Source: Balanoglossus misakiensis (taxonomy: Eukaryota > Animalia > Hemichordata). From it: 64,000 bases of DNA. The notes below the pieces were generated by a model, which searched no databases, had not been told where the DNA came from, and saw only the letters and a program-made list of their open reading frames with translations. A program made the translations under genes and the position numbers. How positions within the stretch are numbered: the first letter of the stretch is position 1; each line of letters begins with the position of its first letter. The DNA is taken from positions 7,975,353 to 8,039,352 of the forward strand of contig CM082585.2 in NCBI GenBank assembly GCA_040954595.2, written 5' to 3'. Shown here piece by piece: positions 11,002 through 29,118 of the stretch.

Positions 11002-12774
11002 ATGCAGATGAAAATGAACTCAGCTGTTATAGAGTCATCGCTTGACAAATCTCGTCTGGAGTTTATAGACCGTTCATATCCACACACACTTGTTGGTGGG
11101 TTTTATGAGCTTTGGAAGAATGGTTCTCTCACTGACGTCGTTATCCATGTCAAAGGTCAAGACTTCGACTGCCACCGTTCGGTCCTGGCAGCAAGCAGTT
11201 GCTATTTCCGAGCCATGTTTGCGGGCGGGATGAAGGAGAGCGCGACCGACACAGTGGTGCTTGACTGCTTGGAACCAGTTGCCATGGAAACGGTTCTGCG
11301 GTATGTCTACACGGGCAAGGCGGAAATCGACGCGGGTAACGTACAGTCTCTTCTTCAGGCAGCCAGTCTGTTTCAGTTCCAGAGCTTGGTGGACGCGTGC
11401 GCGTCGTTTCTGCAAGGGGAATTGGAGGCCGGCAACTGTGTAGGGGTGTACCAGTTTGCCCTCTTGTACCTGTGCGGGAACCTCGCCAACGTCGCCAGGA
11501 ACTTCATCCTGAAGAACTTCACCGAGGTCAGCGCGTGCGCAGAGTTCAACCTACTGTCCGCCGAGCAGCTGCAGAGTCTGCTCAGCGACGACGGACTGAT
11601 ATTTCTGAAACGAGAAAATCTGCTGAGTTCCGTCCAACGGTGGTTGCAGCATGACTTTGCCGCTCGAAGAAGGTACCTCGTTAAATTCTCAGAGATTCTG
11701 GAAGCCAAAGGTTGCTACGTGATAAGTGACATCATCAACGGGCATGTGATCAGTGTGACCGACGCAACCAAGTCCAGTCTCCTTCCAGCATGGCAGAACT
11801 TCTCCATTGTGAGGAACAATGAAAATCGCGCTGAAGGATCGAGCTATGAAGTGATGGTGTGCTTCGGAAGCGCCTGGTCTGGGTCCTCAGACAGTGACGT
11901 TAAATCTTGTGCGGTCAAGTGCTACGATCCTGTCATGAAGAAGTTTTGTGGACTGAAGTCGGTCCCCGAGACGGTAGCCGCACGGGACTATATGGCGGCG
12001 TGCAAAACAGGCAACAGCGTGATTGTTGGCTTAAGAACAGGCAAATTCTTATCGTACAATCTGAAGTCAGGAACCTGGGATGTACTGTCGAAATATCTTC
12101 TAACACCTCAGGCTGGGAATACAATGGCCAGCATTGGTGGCAGTGTGTACATCTGTGGTAAAGACGGCAGATTTTTTGTCTATAACACGGAAAGCAATCA
12201 ACTGGATTCGAAAACGGATCTCATCTGCCCAGTTCGCTGTCCGATCGTGGTCTCCATCGGCGACAAGATTTTCGCCCTCGGTGGTAAGACACGCAGTGAT
12301 TTGCATAATGAAGGGACTGACCTTGTCCAGTGTTACGACACGGAGACCGATTCTTGGACCCTTCGTCGTCCAATACCCGAGAAGTGTGCGCACATCGCAG
12401 CGGCAGTGTTGAACGGCCTCATTTACATAGTTGGCGCAGGCTGTCGCGAGCACCTGAAGTCGACGAGGAAAGTTCTGCGGTACAACCCGACGAGCGATAC
12501 CTGGTGCCGACTGGCCGACTTGAACAGGTGCCGCCAGTCGTGCGATGCGGTTGTGTGCAATGGACAGCTGTACGTGACCGGGGGCTATGATGTGACATCC
12601 GATGATGTGCCAAAAGACTGTCCCGTTCGCGAAATCGAATGTTACGATCCGGTTGGGAACGAGTGGCATCCTGTTGGTTCTCTACCCTTTGACATTGCAT
12701 TTCACACTTGTATTTCTGTGCCACTATCCAAGACGAAGAGACTTAATGGTAGGAAAGTCCTGTCAGAGGAATGA
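11002..12774 (+). CDS. Kelch-like protein (BTB-BACK-Kelch, CUL3 adaptor type); single coding exon
   Basis: BTB (LTDVVIHVKGQDFDCHRSVLAASSCYFRAMF), BACK (NCVGVYQFA...FILKNFTEV) and kelch repeats (IFALGG...YDTETDSW; LYVTGG...YDPVGNEW). Acceptor TTCGTAG at ~10967; a probable non-coding first exon ends at ~9624 (GTGAGT). Confidence 0.92.
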   Translation: MQMKMNSAVIESSLDKSRLEFIDRSYPHTLVGGFYELWKNGSLTDVVIHVKGQDFDCHRSVLAASSCYFRAMFAGGMKESATDTVVLDCLEPVAMETVLRYVYTGKAEIDAGNVQSLLQAASLFQFQSLVDACASFLQGELEAGNCVGVYQFALLYLCGNLANVARNFILKNFTEVSACAEFNLLSAEQLQSLLSDDGLIFLKRENLLSSVQRWLQHDFAARRRYLVKFSEILEAKGCYVISDIINGHVISVTDATKSSLLPAWQNFSIVRNNENRAEGSSYEVMVCFGSAWSGSSDSDVKSCAVKCYDPVMKKFCGLKSVPETVAARDYMAACKTGNSVIVGLRTGKFLSYNLKSGTWDVLSKYLLTPQAGNTMASIGGSVYICGKDGRFFVYNTESNQLDSKTDLICPVRCPIVVSIGDKIFALGGKTRSDLHNEGTDLVQCYDTETDSWTLRRPIPEKCAHIAAAVLNGLIYIVGAGCREHLKSTRKVLRYNPTSDTWCRLADLNRCRQSCDAVVCNGQLYVTGGYDVTSDDVPKDCPVREIECYDPVGNEWHPVGSLPFDIAFHTCISVPLSKTKRLNGRKVLSEE

Positions 12775-13465
12775 AGACCTCCAAGAAATCATGATTGCAC
12801 GTGTTTCAGAACTTTTCGTGCATGTGTGCATTTGAACACTTTCTAACTTTTGGTTTGGACATTGTGCTAATCTACAACATTTTCAAGAGCAATGTACTAT
12901 TCCTTAGAAGGCCTTTCCTCATGATGCCATCACTTGTATGTTATTTTAACTTCACATGTCTTTCAAATTTTTTTTTACTTGCATGAAAATGCTAAGAAAC
13001 CAGCAATGGTCATTGAAATACTTGCCAGCGAGATGTACTCTGTTTTATTTGAATAACTTTGTTATTAAAGATTTGTTTTATTTCAAGCAAATGTCTGAAG
13101 CTGGTTTACTCTTAACAATAGCACTTGAAGGGTACAGGATGTTACCTTCATGATTTTTTGTTCAAACCTATATGGTATATCTCCTTGGCAACAGAGAAAC
13201 GCCCTCAAACCTTTTACCCTCCGTGTAATTTGTTTGGTGACTCTGTAGAGGGCGCTACCATACGACCTTACACAGGTTAGTAAAAAGTGGTTTACATAGG
13301 CCTGTTTAAAATATATGAAGTCCAGGTATTTTGCGAAACTATTTCGGATAAATATATCACAAATGTAAAAATACAAACCAGCAAAGAAGAATAAACAAAA
13401 AAATATATACGGGGAAAATGCCAGTCAAATCTCGTGATACTTAACGAGATCTTGTGGCTTTAAAG

Positions 13466-14651
13466 ATGGCGGCCTGCGAGGGAGTTTTAAATGACCGAAG
13501 GAATGTTGTTGGAAATATTTGGCTTTTCCGATGGAAGGATACCGCTTTCAAGCAAAATTCAAGCGTCGGAAGTTTTAATCTCTTAAATAGGATCAGACGA
13601 ACGTCTAATTTTACCGAAGGTAAGGTTTATACTCCTTAAAACTGGCCCGATAAAAATCGGCATGGGCTTGTGTACAATGCAGGGGGGGGGGGGGGGGGGG
13701 GGGCGTCCATGTACTTTGATAGGACTAGCGCCGCCACCGGTAGAATCAATCAGCTACTAAATAAAAGCGACTGCAGCTCCACACAACTTGTGCGTTTTCT
13801 AGTTTATTTCAGTCGTGATCTTATGGATTTATTTTAAAAGACAAACGATATTATTAGGAGAGTGAAGAAACTGTGCCATGTCTCACTGTACGTTAGTCAT
13901 TTTTGGACAATTTTTCATGAAAATTTCACTGCAACCAGCAAAGACCTCTGAAATCGACTTCACTAATTATTCATAATCTACTGCACTTCTATTGATAAAC
14001 AAATTTTGCCTGGACAGACTGACCATTCACAGGCCACTGATAGTAAACAGCATAGGTAATGATTTGAATAAATGAATATGTATGAGGCCTGCAGGTCCAG
14101 CTGTGTTCACCGAAAGAAGTGCATGAAGTTCATTGATGATGATTTGTCAAAAACATGACCAGTCTTTTTGTTTAATTGCTAATGTTATTAACTTACCCTG
14201 ATCTTGATTTTTGCATTGCAGTGAGTTAAAGTCAAGCGCAAGGTGAAATCAACTCAATGCTCAGACGACGGTTTAAAGAATCCAAGAGTGCTGTTCAGGT
14301 AAGTTTTTTTTTTTTCATTTGAAAGTAGAATTGAGAAAGTCGTCGCATCTTGTTTGTTGTTAGGACAGCACACTGCCTTTACACACACAATAAATTAATA
14401 CACATGAAAATTGGCTTTAGCAACATGTATTATATCTTGAAATGTTATGAATAGAGTTTGGTATTATACATCAAATCCTTACTTTTTACAGGAGTCAATA
14501 TAAAGTAATGTACTACATCAAAATGAAGACTATAGAACAAAATCCAACGACCTTCAAAATCTATTGCGAGAAATCGCTTTCTAAAGAGAGTACAATCTAC
14601 GTCAAAACATCTGAAATTTACAAGGACTCCCAAATGGCAGAATGGCAATAA
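13466..14651 (+). other. Small three-exon transcript of uncertain coding status (lncRNA/RNA host gene or microprotein gene)
   Basis: AAGATGGCGG (YY1-like/start motif) at 13463. Strong donors follow 13619 (GTAAGG) and 14298 (GTAAGT); acceptors precede 14222 and 14492. Canonical splicing stops the ORF after 53 aa. Confidence 0.5.
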
Positions 14652-15947
14652 GCATTTGGAGTTGTTCGCGTGATTTATTGCCTTGGAGTTGCTTTATGTC
14701 TCTGATGCTAACAAGCGAGTCATATGGTCGCTAGTTTGGGCTGATTGTTGCGGGAAATATAAGCAGCTAGCAAAAAATATACAATCACAAAACGCGACAA
14801 TCAAGAGTGTATTTCTCTGAACAGTCCGGTTCCTCTCATCCCTAGCACAGGTGAAACAATGCCAATTTTTGCCAAACTCACAGAGGAAAATTCCGACAGG
14901 GTGGATTTAAGTTGCTTTGTACACAACACAGTAAAATGGGTGCAGACATTTCTTCAATGAAATCACAGTTACAACGAAAACAGTTTCAGCTGCACACAAG
15001 GAATGTACTGACTATTGACATTTTCGATGATCACAGTGAAACAGAAATAGTGTGTTTATATTTCCCATATCACCCTTAATACAACCACAAGGCAATTCAC
15101 TTCGTCTATGTCTGTGAGGTATCTCTGCGAGACTTGGAACAATTTTTACAATATCACTTGTTTCTTACCGATGATCAACACATTCCATCTGTGCATCCCA
15201 AACCATTTCCACTGTATATCACAAGCTAATTACATTACATATACTATATAGACATATACAACAGGTTATTTAGAAAGAAGTTTCCTCATCTCATAAAAAA
15301 ATGTTAATGTGGAATTGTTGCGTCTCATAAGAATTCACTACTGCACACAATCAGACCAGAAACCTGTCAATAGTTATCTATTTTCGTTGGTAAAAATCTG
15401 TCTTGTGCAAATCAAAGAAATCCCTTGCATCTGTTTCATCTGGAACAGTCATGAATACTAATAAATTCAACACATGATCAAGTTTAATTTTCTGTTCACA
15501 GTTTAAAGCTCCACGCGTACCCACATTTTTGAACAGTCTGAAACGGGGACAAATACCGACACCAAGTCTAACACCAACAAACTCAAATATAATATCAGTT
15601 CTTGATAATACAATATTTGTAGTTGAATAATTTCTATTTTTACTTGAAAATATATTATGAATGCATAGAAGTCATGTGCTCATTTTTTAATCAGAGTGTA
15701 CTTATTCACAACAGTTACTAAATCAGTCTTTCTCATCAAAAATATTTTTCTTTCTGTTTTACTCTTTTGAATCCAAAGCTGAAGGCTATAGTGTCATGAA
15801 CAGAAAATTAAACTGAAGGTTCTCCTCATGTTCGTCTGTCAGCAAGGATGTTAGCGTAAAATCTGGGTGCTCGAAGTAATATAAAGTCTATACGAATTTA
15901 CTTGTATATATTTATGTGTTTATTCTCGACACTGCACGCAGTGTGGC

Positions 15948-21388
<5,441 letters not shown>

Positions 21389-22065
21389 TTTGACGACTGT
21401 AAATGTACGGAATGCTTTCCGATAATAATCACCCTGCCAGCCACAACAATCGTATATCGTCGTTTGGTATCAAGTGACGTAGTTAAAATTTGCATACATC
21501 ATTTCAGGCGCCCTCACGCGACAGTCCAGTTCCACATACCGACCACTCACAGATTGCTTGGGCACACTTTGCATATAATTGGGGAAATATATTGTACCAT
21601 ACAATATTGCACCATTTTTATTGGATAGTGACCTGTGTGACAGAACCAAGTACAGCCATGACTACACACTTGGCAATCCCATGTTCAGATATTGTACCAT
21701 TTCTCTGAGAGTTTCGTCATATCATAGACCCAGGCCTGAGAGTCAACTTTATTACAGGTCATATTCAGAGCTCGTATAATCTCTTTGCTTCCAATTTATG
21801 TTTCCTTGTTGACAATTCAATTATATCAGATCATTTCCCCATCTGCTAATGGTGAGAACTAACATGAATATAGACATAACAGAACAGACACACCCAAAAT
21901 ATTAATAGAAAATGTTCTTTATTAGTCTTGATCATTATTTTTAAATGATATGATTTGACTCTGAAAACATATTCAAAGTTTACAAAATCAGGTTTATGAG
22001 GAATATATTACAGATATCTTATAGATTATTCAATCCACGTAAAAAAATAATAATACACCAGTCAA

Positions 22066-22959
22066 TTACATATAAAATGGAGTTGTGTCCAGCTTAGTAA
22101 GATAATCATGCCCCACACTTGCGCCTCTAACATCCTGAACAGAAAGACCAGCAAAGTGATTCCGCAAATGATCCAACCCCCTCTTGTCAATATTATGTGC
22201 TGTTTTCTCCCTTTCTAACTCAAATTTTAAATCTGTGATCTCTTCGTACATCTTGTTGATCTGGGCTTCGTAATCAAGGCGGATGTTGTCTTCCCGGACG
22301 ATGCGTTCTCGTTCGTAGCGCTTCCCTTTTTCCTCCAGCTCGATTTCTGCCTCCTGTCTGGCAAGCCGTTCCTGGGTCAGGGACTTCCTCATTTCCCGCA
22401 GGTCTCTCTTCAGCTGCAACTTCTCGTCTTTGAGTTCCTTCATGTCTTCCTTAAGTAATCTCATCCTGCCGGCCGCTTTCTTCTGCTCCGCCTTGAGGTG
22501 CTCCCGGTGGATCTTCACTCGCTCGCCCTCCTGCTGGCTGTCGTGGAGTTTCCGACTCCGGGTCTCGATCACCTTCGTCTGCCGTCGACACTTGTCCTCC
22601 AGTTCGGTCACGTGCTTGTGCGCCACGTTCAACATGCTGGAAAGTTTGATATTCTGCGCCTTGGACATCTCAAACACCTCGCGCAGGACTTCGAGCTCTT
22701 TGTGAGTCCAAAGGCACGACTCCTCAAGCTTTCTCAGCTTGGCTTCCTCATCCTCGTAGAACTCAGCCAACGTGTTGCCGGCTTGAATGGCTTTCTGATG
22801 GCTGGTTTTCTTCTCTCGGTTGATTTCCTGGCGAACCTTTTCGTACAGGGCCTTGACTTTATCCTCTGGGGGAGTTTCTTTCTCATACTTGGCTATGATC
22901 TCTTCCGTTGAGTAGGAATAGTATGGTGGAAACAATTCCTCGACCCAGTGCTTTTCCAT
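22066..22959 (-). CDS. CCDC160: Coiled-coil protein, CCDC160-like (297 aa, single coding exon)
   Basis: Long ORF with extended heptad coiled coil. The N-terminus KHWVEELFPPYYS resembles the recalled CCDC160 start (KHWxExxFxPFFS), and the C-terminal LDHLRNHFA resembles its LxLLRxHF end. Acceptor at ~22981 and upstream donors at ~23338/23400. Confidence 0.65.
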   Translation of the reverse strand: MEKHWVEELFPPYYSYSTEEIIAKYEKETPPEDKVKALYEKVRQEINREKKTSHQKAIQAGNTLAEFYEDEEAKLRKLEESCLWTHKELEVLREVFEMSKAQNIKLSSMLNVAHKHVTELEDKCRRQTKVIETRSRKLHDSQQEGERVKIHREHLKAEQKKAAGRMRLLKEDMKELKDEKLQLKRDLREMRKSLTQERLARQEAEIELEEKGKRYERERIVREDNIRLDYEAQINKMYEEITDLKFELEREKTAHNIDKRGLDHLRNHFAGLSVQDVRGASVGHDYLTKLDTTPFYM

Positions 22960-24743
22960 CTCGATCCCTGATGGTAGCCCCTGTTAAGGATCACACACAA
23001 AATGTTATGTGGGTGAGAATTCAAATCAGAGCTATAAAGTTTTCTATTGTGTCACGTGACGTCTAGACTGTAAGTATGGCCCAGGGTACCTTCGCAAATT
23101 TAGCATCTTTGTCAATCTCATTAGCATATATTACAAATATATAAACAACCACGAAGCCCCACTGATGCATATACAGTTGCATCTGATCAGAGGGGCTTCG
23201 CAGCGTTGGGATATGGGTCTGGACATAGGCCTTCGATTCCCACTGACTGTAGCCTATGGGTCTGGATACCAGACTACGATGGTAACGGGTACATCGGTGA
23301 CGCTGAGCGATCGGCGTTTTAACTTACGCTCAACTTACCTTAGATAATATGGAAAACAATATATATAAGTAGCCTCCCTGTTTAGCAGACGCAAACTTAC
23401 AAGGGGGTTCGGTGATCAGATTGACCTCAGGATCAAGTTTACGGAATTTGTTTTCGCCGCCATTTTGATAATAGTTTCACAATCTCGCGTTTTCTCGTGA
23501 GATTTGGACGTGGGTTGCGTACTAATACCAGCCATCTATCAACCATACACAATGAAAACATATTCATTTCTTTTCTTTTATTTAAAAATCTTTACAGCTG
23601 TTATCTTCATCAATACAAGAAAGGTAACAGCATTAATAATACAATTCTTTTCAATTCTTGTCACCACAATACTGCATTTTGTCCGACAAACATTTTAACA
23701 AAGCATTTGATTTACCCTGGATGCCTCTGACTTTTTGCATGAATTTTGGACCAAATCAGTTTGAAACTGTTATAAGCCCTGTGACCAAGATAAATGAGTT
23801 CAAAGAAAACAATGTAAAGATGAATGTAACCATACTGACTATGATGTAACTGAGTAACAACACAAACATTAATACGATTGGTTGACGGTGTCTTCCGGTC
23901 TCCTTTTCGGCCAATCAGTAAACACTTTAAATATCATATTTTCAAAATGGCAATGTATAAAATTGTTGCTATTCTAAACCTAGTATTTACACATACATGC
24001 GTAACTTGTATTCTATCAGCGATTTGCCTTTGTACACAAATTATAAAGGACTACATATATATAAATTCTTATGTTTGGATAATAACAAGTGTGATGTGAA
24101 CTTCATATAAGACTTGACAGACTGCAAAACAGATTTTAAGAATAAACCTATGGAGTTCCGTTGATCATATGTGCGCAGATACCTCCATTTTTATTTAAAA
24201 TTTGACGGGTCAAGTTTCGAAAATGAAAATAACATAACTTTGCATATCTTTTGAAGACAACATGGCGCTCACAATATTAACAGCAGAAGTGGCTGTCAAC
24301 ACAGATGGTAAACCCCTGCCCAATCCAACCCCACTGAAATGAGATGTAAAAAAAAAAAAATTCCTCAACTCATGTTCATGTCAAATATTTTGTTGGCACA
24401 GGTGATTTAGAACAGTGGAAAACAAACATTAACTCATCAATGGCAGTGAAATTGTCTGAAAAACGTAATTCTTTTTCTGGAATAAGTTACATGCATGTGC
24501 CAGTCAAGCTGTGCCTTCACAGACTACAACTGTGGGCTAAAAAGGAAAACACACTTTATCGTATTATAAATGCACTCAGGTTATGTCCGAAAACTTGCAA
24601 GCTTTTGATGACCATCGTTGGGAATTACAAAATGTGACCATGAAGAAATCATATCGATTGAACCCTAGATTCAGCGCATGAATCATAAAGTCCGAGGTTA
24701 CATATAAAAATACGAATCACTCTGCTTTTTTTGTCCTTTCTTG

Positions 24744-27700
24744 TTACCGCTCCTGCACAAAGACAGTTTCTTGTGGGAAAAGACCAGCTTCTTGAAGTGT
24801 GATATCAAAATCCAGGTAGGAAAGTTTTCTTCGTGGGAAATTTGTGACGAGTTCGTATCTCTCATTTGAGTAGCCTTCGCTGATGACAAGCTTGACCAAT
24901 GTCTGTGGGTGGGAGAGAGAGAATTTTTTCACGTTACTTCATCTTTTACTTCATGAAATAATCCATCATTTGAAGGCAATCAAACCTAAAGTTATTAAAG
25001 TTGATTCGCAGACTCACCATGAGTTTGGCAGATGCTGGCAGGGATAGTTGTTTCCGCTTCCCGTCTGGGAAACGAATCATCAACTTTGCTTTGGGTCCTG
25101 AAGGAGACAAAGCACATCATTATCAGCAAAGAGATTTTTTTTTTCATTCGTGTGACGTGAAAAAAACAAAACAAAGAATACTCTGTCTTTCCTCATAATC
25201 AGCAGGTTAAATGTTACCGTTATCGTTCAAAGAATCCTCTTCTTCCGTTGTTAAGGAAAAGGAATCTTCTTCCGAGTATTTATCTCTAGAGTCCGAGTTC
25301 TCGTCCTCGCTGTCCGCGCTATCGCAATTAACAATCACTTGTTCGGTAACCTCGTCACCCTCCTCGTTATGCTGTGCATTGTTCGTTTTATTTCCAATGT
25401 TTGTCCTATTTTCTGTCCTATTTTCGGCATTCACCTCTGACGTACTATCAGATTTGTTCTCAAGTCTCTCGAATAACCCAGCACTTTCCTTAAGCTTCGT
25501 CGCCTGCAAAGAATGTTTTGACTCGCCGTTTTCACATTTTTTGACCGGCGAGGAATGTGTCGACGAACGTCCCGTCGCAAAATCATCATCGTCTGACTCG
25601 GAGCTGCTGCCGTCGATGGAATGGAACGTTTCACTGTCCTCCTCGGAATCCGGAGCGAAAAAGATCTCCGGGCGAGTTCTTGCCGGTCTCCTCTTTCCCT
25701 TTTTATCTTCCGTGTTGGTTTCCACCAACGAGGCAGCAATGGCCGCCTCCAACTGGCTGTCTTCACTGGCATCAACAATGCTTTCTGCCTGCGGGAGTGA
25801 ACAGACGAGCTTATTTTGTGGCCAGAGTCCAGAATCCAACACTGACACATTTATCGGCAATGAAAATGTGAACTTGTGGTTGTCGTCTACACTTTATCTG
25901 TAGGCATCATGCAATGCATTGTGGGAGTGGGATTAAAGTCCAGTATGCAAATGAGATGTGAAAGCAATCTTACCCTTCTTGCTTTCTTCTTGGGAGGGGG
26001 ACTAAGTCCATCTTTGTCAAAAATCGGGTGAGATGACAGAAATTCCGTGACCAGGTCACAAAAACTCACACTATCTAGGTTATGCCATTCTAACAGTTTT
26101 TCACCTTAAAAGAAACAAATTCAGAAAATTTGTAAATATTTTGATATATGGTAGAAAAATACCAAAGCATTGCTGCTCTTGATGTCATTTTGACCATTGT
26201 CCAACACATGCAAGTTAAATTGCTTGAATGACTTTTACCTGTTCTGGGATCTATGATAGCTACATATGGAAAGTCTTCTATTTGATAAAACTGGGTATAT
26301 TTCTGGCCTTCTTCACTGTCGTGGTACACCTTTGGGGAAAAATAAATCAGAAGTTAATCAACAGGGTAAACATGCTCAAGTTACATGTAGAACCCCCTAT
26401 TTCTCAATCCATGGATCAAACAAAGCCAGTAAAACAAAAGGATCATACCAAATCCTGGTGGTGAAAGGGTTGCCTGCGTAGACAAGAAGACCGACCTACC
26501 TGCCAAAATACAAAGTGTTCCTCTATAATACTTTTGACAGCAGAGCTACTCCAGACGTCACGGTTCAATTTCTGACAGGAAAATTCTTGCACGTTCTGCA
26601 CGTTCACAAGAACCCACTTACACTGGCTTTGACCGGTTTCCCTTGCCTGCGAGAGAGAGAGAAAACAGCAAGACATGTGAGGATGCTGGAATATTTTCAC
26701 CCAGGCCACAGATGTCTTGATGCGCATCTTTTGGAGAGTACCCACCGTGTCAAACGTTCCCTTGTGCATAATGTCTATCGGCGGTCTGAATAAATCTTCT
26801 AATGTCTTCTTTTTGGTCACTGGTTTGCCCTCGGCGAGGTTTCTCATTCTTTCCTCTTGTGCCTCTGAAATGCAGAAATCAGTGAAGAAAGAGTTAGCCG
26901 GTGTCAACATTATTACGAAACCCAGACTGTAACACAATGCTGCAGATTCACTGCATCACAACTTACTCGCTTCTGCTTGGAAATCCCTAAACCTATCAAA
27001 CACGGATCCTCTTCCACCGCGCTTCCTCGGTCTTGGACCTACAAACAGACATGGAGGGAAGGGTCAGCTGAGGTCAGTGTACATTAATCAATTTGATTCG
27101 ATTTGCAAAAATTGAAACAGACATACATACCAAACGCATAGGCACCCTCAACAAGTATATCTCTCTTCTGTGGAATTGGAGCCCTGACATTGTCCCTGAA
27201 AACAGAAAACTGACGTCAGAAAACAGACATACTGTACAGTCAAACCTGTGTTAGTGGCCACCTTTATATAGTGGCCACAATGTTTTCTTGAGAAGTTATT
27301 GTGACTTTGAAATGCTGGGCAGTGCTTACTCATCATTTGTTGTTGCAGCTGATGATGTGCTCGCTATACTGTCGCCATGGTTATCATTGGCTTCAGCGGC
27401 CGCCGCCTCTTCTGCCTGGCCTTCTAAGTGCATCCCGATGGCCATCTCCAGATTCCCGTTGCAAACTTCCAACATGCGACGGCCAACATCTTCACTTGCA
27501 CCTGGTCAAGGGAAACCATGTGATCATTTTACTTTGGGCAGTCTACAGGAGAGGACTACTTATACCAGACAAAATCTGTGAACTTCACTGAAACTTGTTC
27601 ATCTCATGAACAAGCATGCGTGACCCCCCCCCCCCCCCCCGGTTGGCAATCCCACATCATCGCGATTATCGTTTTCTAACTTTAACTTAAGAACGTCACT

Positions 27701-28002
27701 TTAAAAGTCTAAAGTGGAATGTTATCTGACGAAGTCTGAAGTCGTTTCCACGTTGGGATTTGACTTCATCATCTCTCGTGGTCCCGGATCCTATCCAGGT
27801 CATCGTGTATCGTGACTTTTTCGCGCCATCTAGCTGGTCACTCAGCCGTCAGAGAAAAAATATATTTTTTTCTCCTCGCGTTTGGTTGATAAAATATTCA
27901 CCGCATAATGTGACCTCTTTTTCATACATCTGGACTCTACTTACCTGTAATCGCAGTAAATTGCTCTGCTAATTTTTTGAAAGCTTTAGATTTCGACGCC
28001 AT
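24744..28002 (-). CDS. UBXN7: UBX domain-containing protein 7 (UBA-UAS-UIM-UBX p97 adaptor), ~11 exons
   Basis: Start MASKSKAFKKLAEQFTAITG; UBA LEVCNGNLEMAIGMHL; DNVRAPIPQK; TLEDLFRPPIDIMHKGTF; UAS VQNVQEFSCQKLNRDVWS and FPYVAIIDPRTG; UIM SEDSQLEAAIAASL; UBX LMIRFPDGKR...FPRRKL...EAGLFPQETVFVQER-stop. Confidence 0.95.
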
Positions 28003-29118
28003 GTTGGATAGCCAATCAACAATATGCGCATTGCATGTGCGCATCCTGTAATATGGAAACCATACACAACAAATGCGTAGGTTTCAACAAGGAAGGGGCG
28101 TCTCAAAATTGTTCTATAGGGAGGATCAAAATTCCCCCCCCCCCCATGGATTTATTGCAGTGATATTTTTGGAGAGCTAAATTTCAAGACTTTGAATCAT
28201 TTAACTCGAAAAAATATTGGTGTTTGAGGGCGCTCTCTTTATGTATGTTTCATTACAACCCCCCCCCCCCCCCCCCGGTTTTAGGCTGTATTCCTGTGTC
28301 CTGCTAAAATTCTCAGAAACATGTAAATTCAAGTCCCAACCGTAACAGTAATTCAATATCCAACAATAACAAAGCTGATTACTACAAAAGGGCTGACATG
28401 AACCCATTGGTGTTCACTTTGTAGTTTAATCCTTAACCTTTGCACTGTGACTCCCCCTGGTGACCTTTGACATCAGAAGTTTTCTTCAAAAACAGATTCA
28501 CAGGAATAATTGAAAGACCAAACACAAATTTACTGCCAAACAACAGGGCTAAATTTTATTCAATACCTTTAATCAACGTCTTTTTTACATGATGCACTAA
28601 ATTCATGAAAAGCTACACGCACATGTTGGAAGCATTGTTCATTGTTAAATATGTTATACACTTTGTCATCCACAGTCAAATTCTGGTGTAACGAAATGTG
28701 TTAGGGGAACGGAAGGCTTAGGTTTGTAAAAACCCACCAGTGTTCAAATCTACGAAAAAAATTTGCAGCAGAAATCATGTCGGACATGTGATATAGACGA
28801 GTTGAAATTTCAATAAAATTTCATGGATTGCCTCAGATGTAAATTGCTGGCGGCAAAAGAACGAAATGTGTTTCTACTCTCCCGCCCCTGTAAGAAGTTG
28901 TATTTATATTTATTTATGGTACATAGAAAACGAAAAGAAGTGCCTTTGGTAGCCAAGACTGGCTATAATACGTCATGATTTCAAAATAGACTTTTAGGTT
29001 TAAGATTGTTTTCTCTTCTTCACGTCTTCTCACTGTTATTGATAAAAACAGCTGATCTGCCTTGGCTTGTGGGAGGTGTTATTCTGTATCAGGCATAGGA
29101 TTTTCTTCTTCTCCGTTT

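Noticed and set aside
13682-13703. Poly-G/poly-C tracts here and at many other sites as functional G-quadruplex elements
   Set aside because: Such homopolymers are scattered through introns and intergenic DNA with no positional pattern; treated as a genome-wide background feature.
14136-14201. C/D box snoRNA (ATGATGA...CTGA) in the intron of the small transcript
   Set aside because: The CTGA is only ~20 nt from the acceptor and is more likely the branch region; no terminal stem or recognisable rRNA guide.
14222-14224. In-frame TGA as selenocysteine at the start of exon 2
   Set aside because: The exon 1 frame that would read this TGA has an upstream TAA with no ATG after it, and I identified no SECIS.
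22966-22990. U12-type branch sequence TCCTTAAC upstream of the CCDC160-like exon
   Set aside because: No matching GTATCCTT/ATATCCTT donor was found upstream; the available donors are U2-type GTAAGT.
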